Assembly (NCBI GenBank): GCA_965228475.1
Contig: OZ245817.1
Coordinates: forward strand, 352,001 to 416,000
From: Myxococcota bacterium
GTDB lineage: Bacteria; Myxococcota_A; UBA9160; JAFDDA01
Length of the DNA: 64,000 nucleotides
Reading direction: 5' to 3'
Part shown: positions 47,780 through 57,664 of the stretch, piece by piece
Layout: every line of letters begins with the position of its first letter
How positions within the stretch are numbered: position 1 is the stretch's first letter
Translations under genes and position numbers: made by a program
Notes under the pieces: model-generated
Databases searched by the model: none
What the model was told of the DNA's origin: nothing
The model's input: the letters and a program-made list of their open reading frames with translations, nothing else

Positions 47780-48664
47780 CTACCGCCCGGTGTACGGCGG
47801 CGAGCCGGGCGCGCGGTAGCGGTCGAGCGGGCTGCGCCGGCCGTCGCTGCCGTAGTAGAGGCCGTTGCCCTCGAGTTCGCCGAAGAGCAGGTGCAACGGG
47901 CAGCGGGCTCCCTCGGCCGGCGTCTTCATCCCCATCTCGCTCGGGCTCCTCGCCCCCGCTTCCGTGCGGGGCACGGTGAGGTCGGTGGCGATGTAGCCGG
48001 GCGTGCAGGCGTTGATGGCGAGCCCAGGGTGCTCCCGCGCGAGGATCTGCGTGTAGGCGTTGGCACAGGCCTTGGAGAATCCGTAGGGGTTGACCTCGCC
48101 GAGGCCTTCGGCCTCGAAGTGGGCGGCGTCGGGTGCGGCCAGGCACGAATCGATGAAGGCCAGGAGTTCGGCCTCGTCGAGGCCGCGGTCGAGGAAGAAG
48201 CGCTGGCGTTCGGGGTTGCACCGCGCGACGAAGTTCGGGCCCGCCGCCGAGGTGACGTTCACGATGCGTCCCTGCTCCGCGTCGAGCAGCGGGAGGAACG
48301 CCTCGCACACGCGCCGCATGCCGAGGGTGTTGACCTCGACGACGGCCGCGAGGTCCGCATCGCCCAGGCCGATTCCGGCATTGTTCACTAATCCGTAGAG
48401 CGGCCGTACCTCGCCCGCGCATCGCTCGGCCACGCGCGACGCCGCGGCGCGCACGGAGGCGTCGTCCGCCACGTCGATCGGGAGGAATTCGAGCCGCGAG
48501 GCCCAGGCGGCTTCGTCGCCGGCCAGGGACGCACGGGCCGCTTCCCCTCGCGCGGCATCCCGCGCACCGAGGAACACGAACGTGTCGTCGTGCTCGGCGA
48601 GGATGCCTTCGACGATCGCCCGCCCGATGCCCTTGTTCGCGCCCGTGACCAGGATTCTCTTCAT
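47780..48664 (-). CDS. SDR family (carbonyl reductase-like)
   Basis: TGANKGIG, NNAG, YGFSK, NACTPGYIATD. Confidence 0.9.
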   Translation of the reverse strand: MKRILVTGANKGIGRAIVEGILAEHDDTFVFLGARDAARGEAARASLAGDEAAWASRLEFLPIDVADDASVRAAASRVAERCAGEVRPLYGLVNNAGIGLGDADLAAVVEVNTLGMRRVCEAFLPLLDAEQGRIVNVTSAAGPNFVARCNPERQRFFLDRGLDEAELLAFIDSCLAAPDAAHFEAEGLGEVNPYGFSKACANAYTQILAREHPGLAINACTPGYIATDLTVPRTEAGARSPSEMGMKTPAEGARCPLHLLFGELEGNGLYYGSDGRRSPLDRYRAPGSPPYTGR

Positions 48665-49500
48665 GCGTCCGGATCCTCTCCGATTGGAGTCGGTGCCACC
48701 TCGGCGAGGAACTCGCCGATGCGCTCGAAGTAGCGCGCGCCGCCCACCCCGACCGTATCGTTGTGGCCCGCGCCCACCAAGGTCTCGAAGGCCTTGGGCT
48801 CGCCCGCCCGCTCGAACAGCCGCAGCCCGAGTTCGTGGGGAACGATCCCGTCCCGGTCGCCGTGGAAGAAGAGCAGCGGGGCGCGAACGCGGCCGATCTT
48901 CTCCTCCGAGGCGAAGCGGTCTCCGGCGAAGAAGCCCCCGGCCGCGCCGTAGTAGTGGCGAGCCACGTCGGCCGCCGAGGAGAAGGTGCTTTCGAGGATC
49001 ACGCCCGCGAGCGGCCGGTCCTGGGCGAGGTCGACCGCCACGGCGCCGCCGAGCGAGCGGCCGAAGACCACCACCCTGTCTTCGCGCACGCCCGTCTCCT
49101 CGAGGAGGCGTGCGAGTGCGGCACGGGCATCCCGGTAGACGCCCTCTTCACTCGGCCGGCCCTCGCTCCGGCCGTACCCGCGGTAGTTCAGAACCATCAC
49201 GCTCGTGCCGAGCGCGCGCAGGCGGGCGGCGTTGGGCAGCCGATGAGAGGCGTTTCCAGCGTTCCCGTGCAGGAAGAGCAGGGCCCGGGCGCTGCCCGCT
49301 GCCGGGAGCAGGTAGGCGTGCAGGCGGATGCCGTCCCCGGCTTCGAAGGAGACGTCGCGAACTTCGCTGCCCAGGTCGCCCGGGCGCCGCTCTTCACCCG
49401 GGATCGGATGGAAGACCATCCGATCGACGAGCCAGCCGAGCGGGGAGAACCCCGCGACGAGCACCAGGCCGACCGCGACCGCGGCGAGGGTTGCGTGCAC
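48661..49500 (-). CDS. Alpha/beta hydrolase
   Basis: HGNAGN, YRGYG, GRSLG nucleophile, HGDRD, GHND. Confidence 0.9.
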   Translation of the reverse strand: MHATLAAVAVGLVLVAGFSPLGWLVDRMVFHPIPGEERRPGDLGSEVRDVSFEAGDGIRLHAYLLPAAGSARALLFLHGNAGNASHRLPNAARLRALGTSVMVLNYRGYGRSEGRPSEEGVYRDARAALARLLEETGVREDRVVVFGRSLGGAVAVDLAQDRPLAGVILESTFSSAADVARHYYGAAGGFFAGDRFASEEKIGRVRAPLLFFHGDRDGIVPHELGLRLFERAGEPKAFETLVGAGHNDTVGVGGARYFERIGEFLAEVAPTPIGEDPDA

Positions 49501-49566
49501 GCCGCCAGTGTACAGCGCGCTTGCGAGGATGCCGCGGTCGCCCGTCCGGTCTCGGCCGGGCTGGCT

Positions 49567-50967
49567 TCAGCCTTCCGCGGCGAGTGCGTCGAGGACGCTT
49601 CGCAAGAGGGGTTCGATGCCGTGCAGCGCATCACCCTCGCTCTGCGCGAGCCCCAGACGCACCAGTACCAGACCGGCCGAAGGAACGACGACCACGTACT
49701 GCCCGCTCATGCCGCGCGCCGCGAAGGTGTCCCGAGGAAGACTCGGCCACGGGCGACGGACCGGGTCGTCGGGTTCGCCGCCGTTCGTCCACCAGCCCGC
49801 GCCGTAGCGGCCTTCGGGGGCCGCCGGGGTCGGCGTGCGCGAGTAGGCCACGAAGCCTGGGGGCAGCAAACGGCGTCCGTCGACCACGCCGTCGTCGAGG
49901 AAGACCTGGCCGAAGCGGGCCCAATCGCGCGCGGTGGCGAACATCAACGAGGAGCCGACGAAGCTGCCCGAGGCGTCGGTCTCGAAGACCACGCGGCGCA
50001 TGTGCGCCGGGTCGAAGAAGGCACGGCGGCTCCAGCGCACCATGGCTTCGACATCGTCCGAGAAGGCCTGCCGCAGGATGCGCGCGAGCAGGTTCGAAGT
50101 TCCGCTCGAGTAGGACCAGACGGAGTCGGGCTCGTGGGTGAGCGGGAAACTCGCGGCGAAGGCGCCGCCATCCGGCTCGACGAACAGCATGCGCGAGACG
50201 TCGTTCACTGCACCGTAGTGCTCGTCAAAGGCGAGGCCGCTCGACATGCGCAGCAGCTGGTCGACGGTGATCTCGGCGCGCGGGTCGCCGGCGCCGCGCC
50301 ATTCGGGCACGGGCGCCGGCGCCTCGATCTCGATGCGGCCCTCGTGGGCGGCGACACCGACGAGTGCAGCGAGGACGCTCTTGGCAGCCGACCAGGAGAG
50401 CAGCGGGGTCTCCGCGTCGACGCCCGGCGCGTAGCGCTCGGCGATCAGCCGGCCCCGGTGGGCGACCACCACCGCGAGCGTCTGGCGTCGACGCCCCGGC
50501 ACGTCCTCGGGCTCGGCGAAGGCCGTTTCGATGGCCGTCGCGATCGCGGCGGGCGGCGGCGCTGCGAGGGGCGCTTCGCCGCGGGGCCAGGGTACGTCCC
50601 GGGGAACCGGGTCGGCGTGAGGTGGGTCGCGGAAAGTGCGCAGGGTCGCTTCCTCGACGCCTCGCACGAGGACGCACCCGGTGCCGTCGCGGTGGACGGC
50701 CCGCACGCGTGCCATGCCGGCCGCCGTGGTTTCGATGGCCCGCGCCTCGCGCTGGACCTCGCTTCGAACCAGGGGGGCGAGCGGCCCGATCAGATGGGCG
50801 ACGTAGTCACCTTCGACGAACGCCGGATCGAGCTCCGTGTTGTAGACGAGCCCGCAGGTCACGCGAGCTGCCAGGCCCGCTCCGACCTCGACGGCGACCC
50901 ACGGGCGGAGCCGGACGACCCCGGCGACGAGGAGGGCGGCAACGACGAGTAGGACGAGCCTGCGCAC
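49567..50967 (-). CDS. Serine hydrolase (beta-lactamase-related)
   Basis: SWSAAKS (SxxK), LLRMSSGL, YSS, ARDWARFG. Confidence 0.88.
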   Translation of the reverse strand: MRRLVLLVVAALLVAGVVRLRPWVAVEVGAGLAARVTCGLVYNTELDPAFVEGDYVAHLIGPLAPLVRSEVQREARAIETTAAGMARVRAVHRDGTGCVLVRGVEEATLRTFRDPPHADPVPRDVPWPRGEAPLAAPPPAAIATAIETAFAEPEDVPGRRRQTLAVVVAHRGRLIAERYAPGVDAETPLLSWSAAKSVLAALVGVAAHEGRIEIEAPAPVPEWRGAGDPRAEITVDQLLRMSSGLAFDEHYGAVNDVSRMLFVEPDGGAFAASFPLTHEPDSVWSYSSGTSNLLARILRQAFSDDVEAMVRWSRRAFFDPAHMRRVVFETDASGSFVGSSLMFATARDWARFGQVFLDDGVVDGRRLLPPGFVAYSRTPTPAAPEGRYGAGWWTNGGEPDDPVRRPWPSLPRDTFAARGMSGQYVVVVPSAGLVLVRLGLAQSEGDALHGIEPLLRSVLDALAAEG

Positions 50968-50992
50968 GAGGGGACCGCGTTGCGGGTGCCCG

Positions 50993-52315
50993 CTACTTCC
51001 GGCTCACCACCACCGGCAGCCGCGTGTAGCCGTTCACGAAGGAGGAGAAGGTGCGCGTCGGCTCCTCCTGCACCTCGATGCGATCGAAGCGCTGGAGGAT
51101 CTCCTCCCAGAGGACGCGCAGCTGCATCTCGGCCAGCCGGCTGCCCATGCAGAAGTGGATGCCGAATCCGAAGGAGAGGTGGCGCACGGCGTTCGGCCGC
51201 TCGATGTCGACGACGTCTGCGTTCTCGAAGACGTCCTCGTCGCGGTTGCCCGAGACGTACCACATGAGCAGCTGGTCGAACTGCCGGATCTTCTTGCCGC
51301 CGAGCTCGGTGTCGCGCGTGGCGGTGCGGCGCATGTAGTTGAGCGGCGTCTGCCAGCGGATGACCTCGGACACCATGTTCTTCATGAGGCCGGGGTCGGC
51401 GACCAGCTTGGCGAACTGGTCGGGGAACCGGTGGGCGAGCGTGTAGACGCTGGCGGACATCGTGTTGCGGGTCGTGTCGTTCCCGCCGACGATGAGCAGC
51501 AGCACGTTGCCGAGATGCTCTGCGGCCGAGAGATCGCGCGTGGCTTCGCCGTGGGCGAGCATCGAGATCAGGTCGTCACCGGGCTTCTCTCGTCGCTCGT
51601 CCCAGAGCCGCGAGAAGTACTGCATGCACTCGAAGAGCTCGGCGCGCTTCTGCTCCATCGATTCGACGACCCCACCGGGCTCCGGGATCGCGAAGACGAT
51701 GTCCGACCAGCGCGTCAGCATGCGGCGATCCTCGAGCGGGAAGTCGAAGAGCGTCGCGAGCATCAGGGTGGTCAGCTCGATCGAGACCGTGTCGACCCAG
51801 TCGAAGGTCTCGCCTTCGGGAAGGGAGTCGAGCACCTGGCAGGTCCGCTCGCGGATCAGGGGCTCGAGCTTGGCGAGGTTCTTCGGCGCGACCGAGGGCC
51901 GCACCGTCTTGCGCTGCTCCGTCTGGGTGGGCGGGTCCTGGGAGATGAACGGGGGGCGCGTGCCGAGGAAGAACTGGGGCTCGGTGCCCGGCCGGAAGCC
52001 CAGCGAGATTCCCTTGGCGGACGAGAAGGTTTCCCAATCCGAGCTCACGGCCTTGATGTCGTCGTACTTCGTGACGGACCAGTACCGGCCGGCCGTCTCG
52101 ATCTCGTTCAGGTGGATGGGATCCTCGCGGCGGAGCCGTTCGAAGTAGCCGTGCCAGCGGTTGTCGCGGAACAGGTGCGCGTTGAAGGGATTGATGTCTT
52201 CGAGGGCGAGCTGATCCGCCGGGGCGACGTCGCGGCCCTTCTCGGCCTGCTCCTGCTCGGGGGTTCGGTAGGTGGGCTGTACGGGCGGGCTCTCTTCCGT
52301 CGCCATCTCGCTCAT
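50993..52315 (-). CDS. Cytochrome P450 (CYP153-like)
   Basis: LLIVGGNDTTRN, EVIRWQTPLNYMRR, HLSFGFGIHFCMG heme motif. Confidence 0.92.
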   Translation of the reverse strand: MSEMATEESPPVQPTYRTPEQEQAEKGRDVAPADQLALEDINPFNAHLFRDNRWHGYFERLRREDPIHLNEIETAGRYWSVTKYDDIKAVSSDWETFSSAKGISLGFRPGTEPQFFLGTRPPFISQDPPTQTEQRKTVRPSVAPKNLAKLEPLIRERTCQVLDSLPEGETFDWVDTVSIELTTLMLATLFDFPLEDRRMLTRWSDIVFAIPEPGGVVESMEQKRAELFECMQYFSRLWDERREKPGDDLISMLAHGEATRDLSAAEHLGNVLLLIVGGNDTTRNTMSASVYTLAHRFPDQFAKLVADPGLMKNMVSEVIRWQTPLNYMRRTATRDTELGGKKIRQFDQLLMWYVSGNRDEDVFENADVVDIERPNAVRHLSFGFGIHFCMGSRLAEMQLRVLWEEILQRFDRIEVQEEPTRTFSSFVNGYTRLPVVVSRK

Positions 52316-52486
52316 CGGTACTCCTCCAGGGGCGGGGCGCGTTCCGGCGCTCGCGGCCCCGGCGCTCGGTCAGGGTACCTCACGGAGTGGGGATCGTCGT
52401 CGAAGAGGGGCGGCGGCGTGGGCCAACGGCACCCCCATCCGCCTCGGAGGCTGTCAGAATGTCCCGAGGCCGGCACCGGGAGGAAC

Positions 52487-53416
52487 GTGGAAGAGCAATC
52501 GTTGATCGTACGGCTCGAGGAGGTCGGCCCGCTGCTGCTCGGCGCGATGGTCGTCTACATCGTCGCCGAAGTGCTCTTCCTGCGCTTTCGCCGCAAGCGC
52601 CTCGACACGCGCGTCGCGCGAATGGCGGGCCTCGGCATCCTCTCGGGCGGGGTGCTCGGCGCCGTGCTCGCGCGCGGTCTCGGCGCGGTCGGGATCCTGG
52701 CGGCGGCCACGGTCGGCGCGTCCTTTTCGCCGATCCAAAGCGACCTCTCCTGGCCGTGGTGGGTCTGGGCCTGGGTGGCGTACGAGTTCTGGTACTGGTT
52801 CATGCACTGGGCCGCCCACAAGGTCCGCTTCCTCTGGTGCATCCACTCACCCCATCACGCGCCGGGCCGGATCGACATGCTGATCGGCGCGAACCACCAC
52901 TGCCTCGAGTCGGTCGTCTACTTCCCGATCTTCCTCGGGTTCATGCCGGCCCTGTGCGGCGTACCGCCGGTCCTCTGCCTCGGGATGAACCTCGTCGACG
53001 TCCTGTGGGGAAGCTTCCTTCACATCAGCGACGAGGTCGTGCCGCGCGGCCGCTACGGCTTTCTCGAGCGCTTCCTGCAGACCCCGTCCCACCACCGCGT
53101 CCACCACGCGAAGAACGTCCGCTACATGGACACCAACTACAACTCGATCACCCTTCTCTGGGATTATCTGATGGGGACGCTCCAGCCGCTTCGCGAGAAG
53201 GAGCCCGTGCGCTTCGGGATCACGCGGGAGGTCGACACCGGAAGCTTCTGGGACGTGCACTTCGGCGAGTTCCGCCTGCTCGCGCGGGACGTCGCCCGAG
53301 CGGAGACCTTCCGCGATCGTCTCGGCTACCTGCTCCGCCCTCCGGGCTGGTCGCCCGGGGACGACTCGAAGACCGCGGCCGCCCAGAAGCGCGCGGCGGG
53401 GCTTCTCGGAGCATGA
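52487..53416 (+). CDS. Sterol desaturase/fatty acid hydroxylase family protein
   Basis: His boxes HWAAH, HSPHH, HHRVHH; start inferred. Confidence 0.87.
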   Translation: MEEQSLIVRLEEVGPLLLGAMVVYIVAEVLFLRFRRKRLDTRVARMAGLGILSGGVLGAVLARGLGAVGILAAATVGASFSPIQSDLSWPWWVWAWVAYEFWYWFMHWAAHKVRFLWCIHSPHHAPGRIDMLIGANHHCLESVVYFPIFLGFMPALCGVPPVLCLGMNLVDVLWGSFLHISDEVVPRGRYGFLERFLQTPSHHRVHHAKNVRYMDTNYNSITLLWDYLMGTLQPLREKEPVRFGITREVDTGSFWDVHFGEFRLLARDVARAETFRDRLGYLLRPPGWSPGDDSKTAAAQKRAAGLLGA

Positions 53417-54930
53417 CGGATCGCCCCCGGCGCAGCGCGTTCGCGCGAGCGTTCAAGGGTGTTTCGACGGCGATCGGCTCCGCCCTGCTCGCCGTTCTGT
53501 TCCTGGGTGTCTTGCTCGGCGGGCTTCGCACGGCCTGGGTGCTCGCCTTCCCCGCGCATCCGGATGCGCCGCGCGCAGAGGAGAAGGAGCGCTACCTCGC
53601 GAGCCTCCCGGCACGGCCCGTCGCCGGTGCGCCGAACTTCATCGTCGTCTTCTTCGACGACCTCGGGTATGGCGACCTCTCGAGCTACGGGAACCGGCTC
53701 ATCGAGACGCCGCGCATCGACGCGCTCGCCGAGGACGGTGTCCGGCTCACACACTTCTATGCGGCCGCGCCGGTCTGCACGCCCTCGCGCGCGGCGCTCC
53801 TCACGGGCCGCCATGCCTTCCGCTCGGGCTCCCACGTCCAGGTGTTCTTTCCCGAAGGGAGCTTCGTCGGGACGCTGCGGCGGGTGCTCGGCCTTCAGAA
53901 CGAGATCGCTGCGGACGAGATCCTGCTGCCCGAGGCGCTCGGCCGGGCCGGCTATGCGACGGGAATGGTCGGCAAGTGGCACCTCGGCGAGCGGGAGGGG
54001 CATCGCCCAAACGATCTCGGCTTCGACTTCTTCTACGGCGTCCAATGGAGCAACGACATGCTCCCGCTCCACGTCTACCGGGATCGAGAGATCGAGGAGC
54101 GCGACACGACGGAGCTCGCCGTCTCCGCCTTCGGCTACCGGCACGAGGACATGCCCTTGGCCCGGAAGGGTGTGGACCAGGCGACGCTGACGGCGCGCTA
54201 CACGGACGAAGCCATCGCGTTCATCGAGCGAACGCAGGACGCCCCCTTCTTCCTGTACTTCTCGCACACCTTCCCGCACGTTCCGCACTTCGCCTCGGCC
54301 GAGCAGGCGGGGCGCTCGCGGGGCGGCCTCTACGGCGACGTCGTCGTGGATCTCGATCGCAGCGTCGGGCGGCTCCTCGACGCCCTCGACCGGCTCGATC
54401 TGGCTGGGAACACCGTCGTTGTCATCACGAGCGACAACGGTCCGGACTACGGCGGGAGCGCCGGCGGTCTCCGCGGGCGGAAGACGGAGAGCTTCGAAGG
54501 CGGCCAGCGCGTCCCGTTCATCGTGCGCTGGCCCGCAGGGCTTCCGGTCGGAGTCACCCGCGATGCCATGGCGTCGAACCTCGACCTCTTCCCTACGTTC
54601 CTCGGCCTCGCGGGCCTGCCGTTGCCCGAGGATCGGAAGATCGACGGGCGCGGCCTCCTTCCGGTGCTCGAACGCAACGAGCCGACCCACGAGCACCTCT
54701 TCTACTTCTCCGGGATCCTGGGCGGCCTCGAGGCCGTGCGCGGTCCGCGGCTGAAGTGGCTCGCGAACACCGGCGACGTCGGCCGGGAGCGACCGCATCT
54801 GACGGACGTCACGAACGACCCCGAGAATCACGACCTCCACGAGCGCTTCCCGGAGGAAGCCCGCTCCCTCGAAGCCGCCTTCGAGGCCATGAAGCAGGAG
54901 ATCGCCGAGAACCGCCGGGGCTGGCGGTAG
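53413..54930 (+). CDS. Arylsulfatase-family sulfatase
   Basis: DDLGYGD, CTPSR formylglycine motif, GKWHLG, TSDNG, GRK. Confidence 0.93.
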   Translation: MTDRPRRSAFARAFKGVSTAIGSALLAVLFLGVLLGGLRTAWVLAFPAHPDAPRAEEKERYLASLPARPVAGAPNFIVVFFDDLGYGDLSSYGNRLIETPRIDALAEDGVRLTHFYAAAPVCTPSRAALLTGRHAFRSGSHVQVFFPEGSFVGTLRRVLGLQNEIAADEILLPEALGRAGYATGMVGKWHLGEREGHRPNDLGFDFFYGVQWSNDMLPLHVYRDREIEERDTTELAVSAFGYRHEDMPLARKGVDQATLTARYTDEAIAFIERTQDAPFFLYFSHTFPHVPHFASAEQAGRSRGGLYGDVVVDLDRSVGRLLDALDRLDLAGNTVVVITSDNGPDYGGSAGGLRGRKTESFEGGQRVPFIVRWPAGLPVGVTRDAMASNLDLFPTFLGLAGLPLPEDRKIDGRGLLPVLERNEPTHEHLFYFSGILGGLEAVRGPRLKWLANTGDVGRERPHLTDVTNDPENHDLHERFPEEARSLEAAFEAMKQEIAENRRGWR

Positions 54931-55040
54931 GGGTCCGCCTGGCGCGGCTCTCCGTGGGCCCGACTCAAGCCATCCTCCGGTCGGGACGATCTCCAGGCAG
55001 GTTCGATCCGATTCGGGATTTAGGGCTTCGGAGGTCCGTG

Positions 55041-55595
55041 ATGAAGGCGATATCGACCGCTCTGGCGCTGCTGGCCGTCGCCGCCGTAACGGTGGGCGCG
55101 AGCCACATCCACCTTCACAACCAGCTCGTCGCGCTCGACGTCGATGCCGAGGCGCAGTGGAAGCAGGTCGAGAACCAGCTCGCGCGCCAGCACGAGCTCC
55201 TGCCCAAGCTCGCGACCGTGGCCCAGCGCTATGTCGAGCACGAGCGGGAGGTCCTGGATTCGCTCTTCGCTGCCCGCAAGGACTACGCCGCAGGCGGCCC
55301 GCAAAGCCGGCCGGCGCTGGCGAGCGATCTCGATGGTGCGCTGGTGGAGGTGCTCGCCCTGGCCGAGGCCTATCCTTCGCTTCGCGCGGACGGCCAGTAC
55401 CGTGATCTCGCCCACGAGATTGCGGGGACCAAGAACCGCATCGCGGTCGAGCGGAAGCGCTACAACGAAGCGGTCGCGAGCCTGAACGCGCGGCTGCGTC
55501 AGATGCCGTGGCGTCTGGCTGCCTCGGGGATCGAGCCGAGGGCGTTCTACGACGCGCCCGCCGAGCAGCTCGTCGAGCCCGAACTCACACTCTAG
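55041..55595 (+). CDS. lemA: LemA family protein
   Basis: QWKQVENQLARQHELLPKL, AEAYPSLRA, NRIAVERKRYNEAV. Confidence 0.88.
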   Translation: MKAISTALALLAVAAVTVGASHIHLHNQLVALDVDAEAQWKQVENQLARQHELLPKLATVAQRYVEHEREVLDSLFAARKDYAAGGPQSRPALASDLDGALVEVLALAEAYPSLRADGQYRDLAHEIAGTKNRIAVERKRYNEAVASLNARLRQMPWRLAASGIEPRAFYDAPAEQLVEPELTL

Positions 55596-55597
55596 GC

Positions 55598-57643
55598 GTG
55601 CGACACCTCCTGCTGGTTGCGGCCTCGCTTGCCCTGATCGCGATCCTCGCGGATCGCATCTCATTGGTTCCGTCGTCCGAATCTCCGTCGTCCGAATCTC
55701 CGTCGTCCGAATCGCCATCATCCAGATCAGGAACGGGGATCGCGTCACCCTCGGGCGACATCGAGCAGCTCGCCGGCGAACCCGGCCGGGTCGTCGATCG
55801 CGCGAACGTCCTGGGAAACTACCTGGCCGCGCTCGAGTGGCAGACGGATTCCTGGCACGGCGATCTCGGAATCGACTTTCACGTGGTGACCGTCGCCGAC
55901 TCGGGCAGGAGCGTCAGCGATCTGGCAGCGACGCTGCTGACCGCCCGCAACGTCGGGCGGGAGGCTCCGACTGGGGGGCTCCTGCTCCTGCTCGACCCCG
56001 TTCGACGCGAGGCGCACATCGAGGTCTCCTACGCTCTCGAAGGCGCGCTGCCCGACGCGCTCATCGGACGCCTCGCCGAAGACCAGCTCGCGCCCTACGC
56101 GGCCAGTGCGGCGATCGGAATGGCCGTCGCCGATACGCTGCACCTGCTGAAGGACGTCCTGATCCTCCAGGTTGCCAAGGGGCAGTTCGAGATCGACCCC
56201 GCGTACCGGGGGAGAGCCTCCTTCGCGGCACGGGAGAAGTTCCTCTCTGGCGGTGCGGGCGCGCACGTGGTGATCCCGGACGCGCAGACCCTGGCCGGTC
56301 GGAACCTGAAGGCTCGCGTCCCGGACGCCGAGCGCGGACGCTACGCCCCGTCGACGCAGCCGATTGGCTCCGTCGAACGATTCCTGGCCGTGGCACGCGA
56401 TCTTGCCGGGGATCCGACGCTTCCCCTGTTCACGCCCGGCTCGCAGTGCATGAAGGCCTATTACCCCTTCGCACCCTACGAGCAGATCGAGCGCGCGGCG
56501 CGGCTCGACGCTTCGCGGCCGTGGCAGGTCGAGCAGCAGGGGGACCGCGCGGTGGTTCGATCCGCCGTGCCCGTGCAGGGAGCCGTTCCGGTCCTGCTTC
56601 ACCGGATCGACGGCACCTGGCGCATCGACGAGGTCGAGACCTGGAAGAACCTCTTCTATGACGAACGGGGCGAGTACAACCTGAAGAACCGGAACATGCC
56701 CTACGCCTTCGGGTTTCCTGCCGCCCGTTCGGTCCGTTCACTCGACGTTGCAGCCCATCCGCTCGGAGGGGCACATCCCCAGCGCGTGGTGGACGCGCTC
56801 GTCGAATCGGGTGGCGCGCTCGAACGCTTCCTCGCCGGAGACATCCTCTTCCGCAACTGCTTCCTGCCCGACCCCGCGATCGCCCTCTACGAGCAGGCGA
56901 TCGCCGCATCGGAGGCGCCGATGTTCCTCGAGACCCTCGCGGACCGAGCGGCCTATGTCGGGTTCCGGCAGGCGGCGATTCGCGCCTATCGGAAGCTCGG
57001 CCGTCAGGCCTATGCGAAGCTCGCCTGGCAGGAGCAGGCGGCCGGCCGCGGCGACGTCGCGGAGGCGGTGGCGAGGCGGGCCGTCGAGCAGAATCCCTTC
57101 GATCTGATTTCCCTCGCGACCCTGCAGCGCGCACTCGAGGTCGCGGGGAAGGCCTCCGAAGCCGCGGTCGCCGCGAGAGAGGTCGACCGCGCTCGACGGG
57201 ATCCGCTGCGTCGGCACCTCGGTGTCGAGCTGAAGGTGTCGCCGGAGGCTCCGCGCTACGACATCGGTGAACCTACACGGGTCGGACGCACTCTCGTGTA
57301 TGACCACGCTTACTTCGAGGTGCGCCTGACGAACCGGTCGCGCCGGCCCGTCACCGTGACCCGGCTCCGCCTCGGCACGGCCGGAACCGATTCCCGCAGT
57401 GGGCTCGGAGACATCCGTCACTACTTCGATTGGAGCGCCAGCGGCGGGCCGAACCGGCTCGGTCCGGGCGCTTCGGCTGCGGTCGAGCGCACCTGGGGCT
57501 TCACCGTCGATACCGCCCACGATCAGCTCAGCTACGTCTTCGATCTTTGTTGGCAGGGTGACGGCGACCCGGTGCAATGCCGCGTCGAGCGACTCGACCT
57601 GATCGCGCCCCCGGCTCTACGCCTGGCTTCCGACGGGAGCTAG
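55598..57643 (+). CDS. TPM-domain protein with TPR-like and C-terminal beta-sandwich regions
   Basis: VVDRANVL...GLLLLL...IEVSYALEGALPD...SGGAG; helical repeats; follows lemA. Confidence 0.7.
   Translation: MRHLLLVAASLALIAILADRISLVPSSESPSSESPSSESPSSRSGTGIASPSGDIEQLAGEPGRVVDRANVLGNYLAALEWQTDSWHGDLGIDFHVVTVADSGRSVSDLAATLLTARNVGREAPTGGLLLLLDPVRREAHIEVSYALEGALPDALIGRLAEDQLAPYAASAAIGMAVADTLHLLKDVLILQVAKGQFEIDPAYRGRASFAAREKFLSGGAGAHVVIPDAQTLAGRNLKARVPDAERGRYAPSTQPIGSVERFLAVARDLAGDPTLPLFTPGSQCMKAYYPFAPYEQIERAARLDASRPWQVEQQGDRAVVRSAVPVQGAVPVLLHRIDGTWRIDEVETWKNLFYDERGEYNLKNRNMPYAFGFPAARSVRSLDVAAHPLGGAHPQRVVDALVESGGALERFLAGDILFRNCFLPDPAIALYEQAIAASEAPMFLETLADRAAYVGFRQAAIRAYRKLGRQAYAKLAWQEQAAGRGDVAEAVARRAVEQNPFDLISLATLQRALEVAGKASEAAVAAREVDRARRDPLRRHLGVELKVSPEAPRYDIGEPTRVGRTLVYDHAYFEVRLTNRSRRPVTVTRLRLGTAGTDSRSGLGDIRHYFDWSASGGPNRLGPGASAAVERTWGFTVDTAHDQLSYVFDLCWQGDGDPVQCRVERLDLIAPPALRLASDGS
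55670..55714. repeat. 15-bp x3 coding tandem repeat (PSSES)
   Basis: CCGTCGTCCGAATCT twice, then CCGTCGTCCGAATCG. Confidence 0.9.
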
Positions 57644-57664
57644 GGCCGGCCTGAAGAGATCTGC

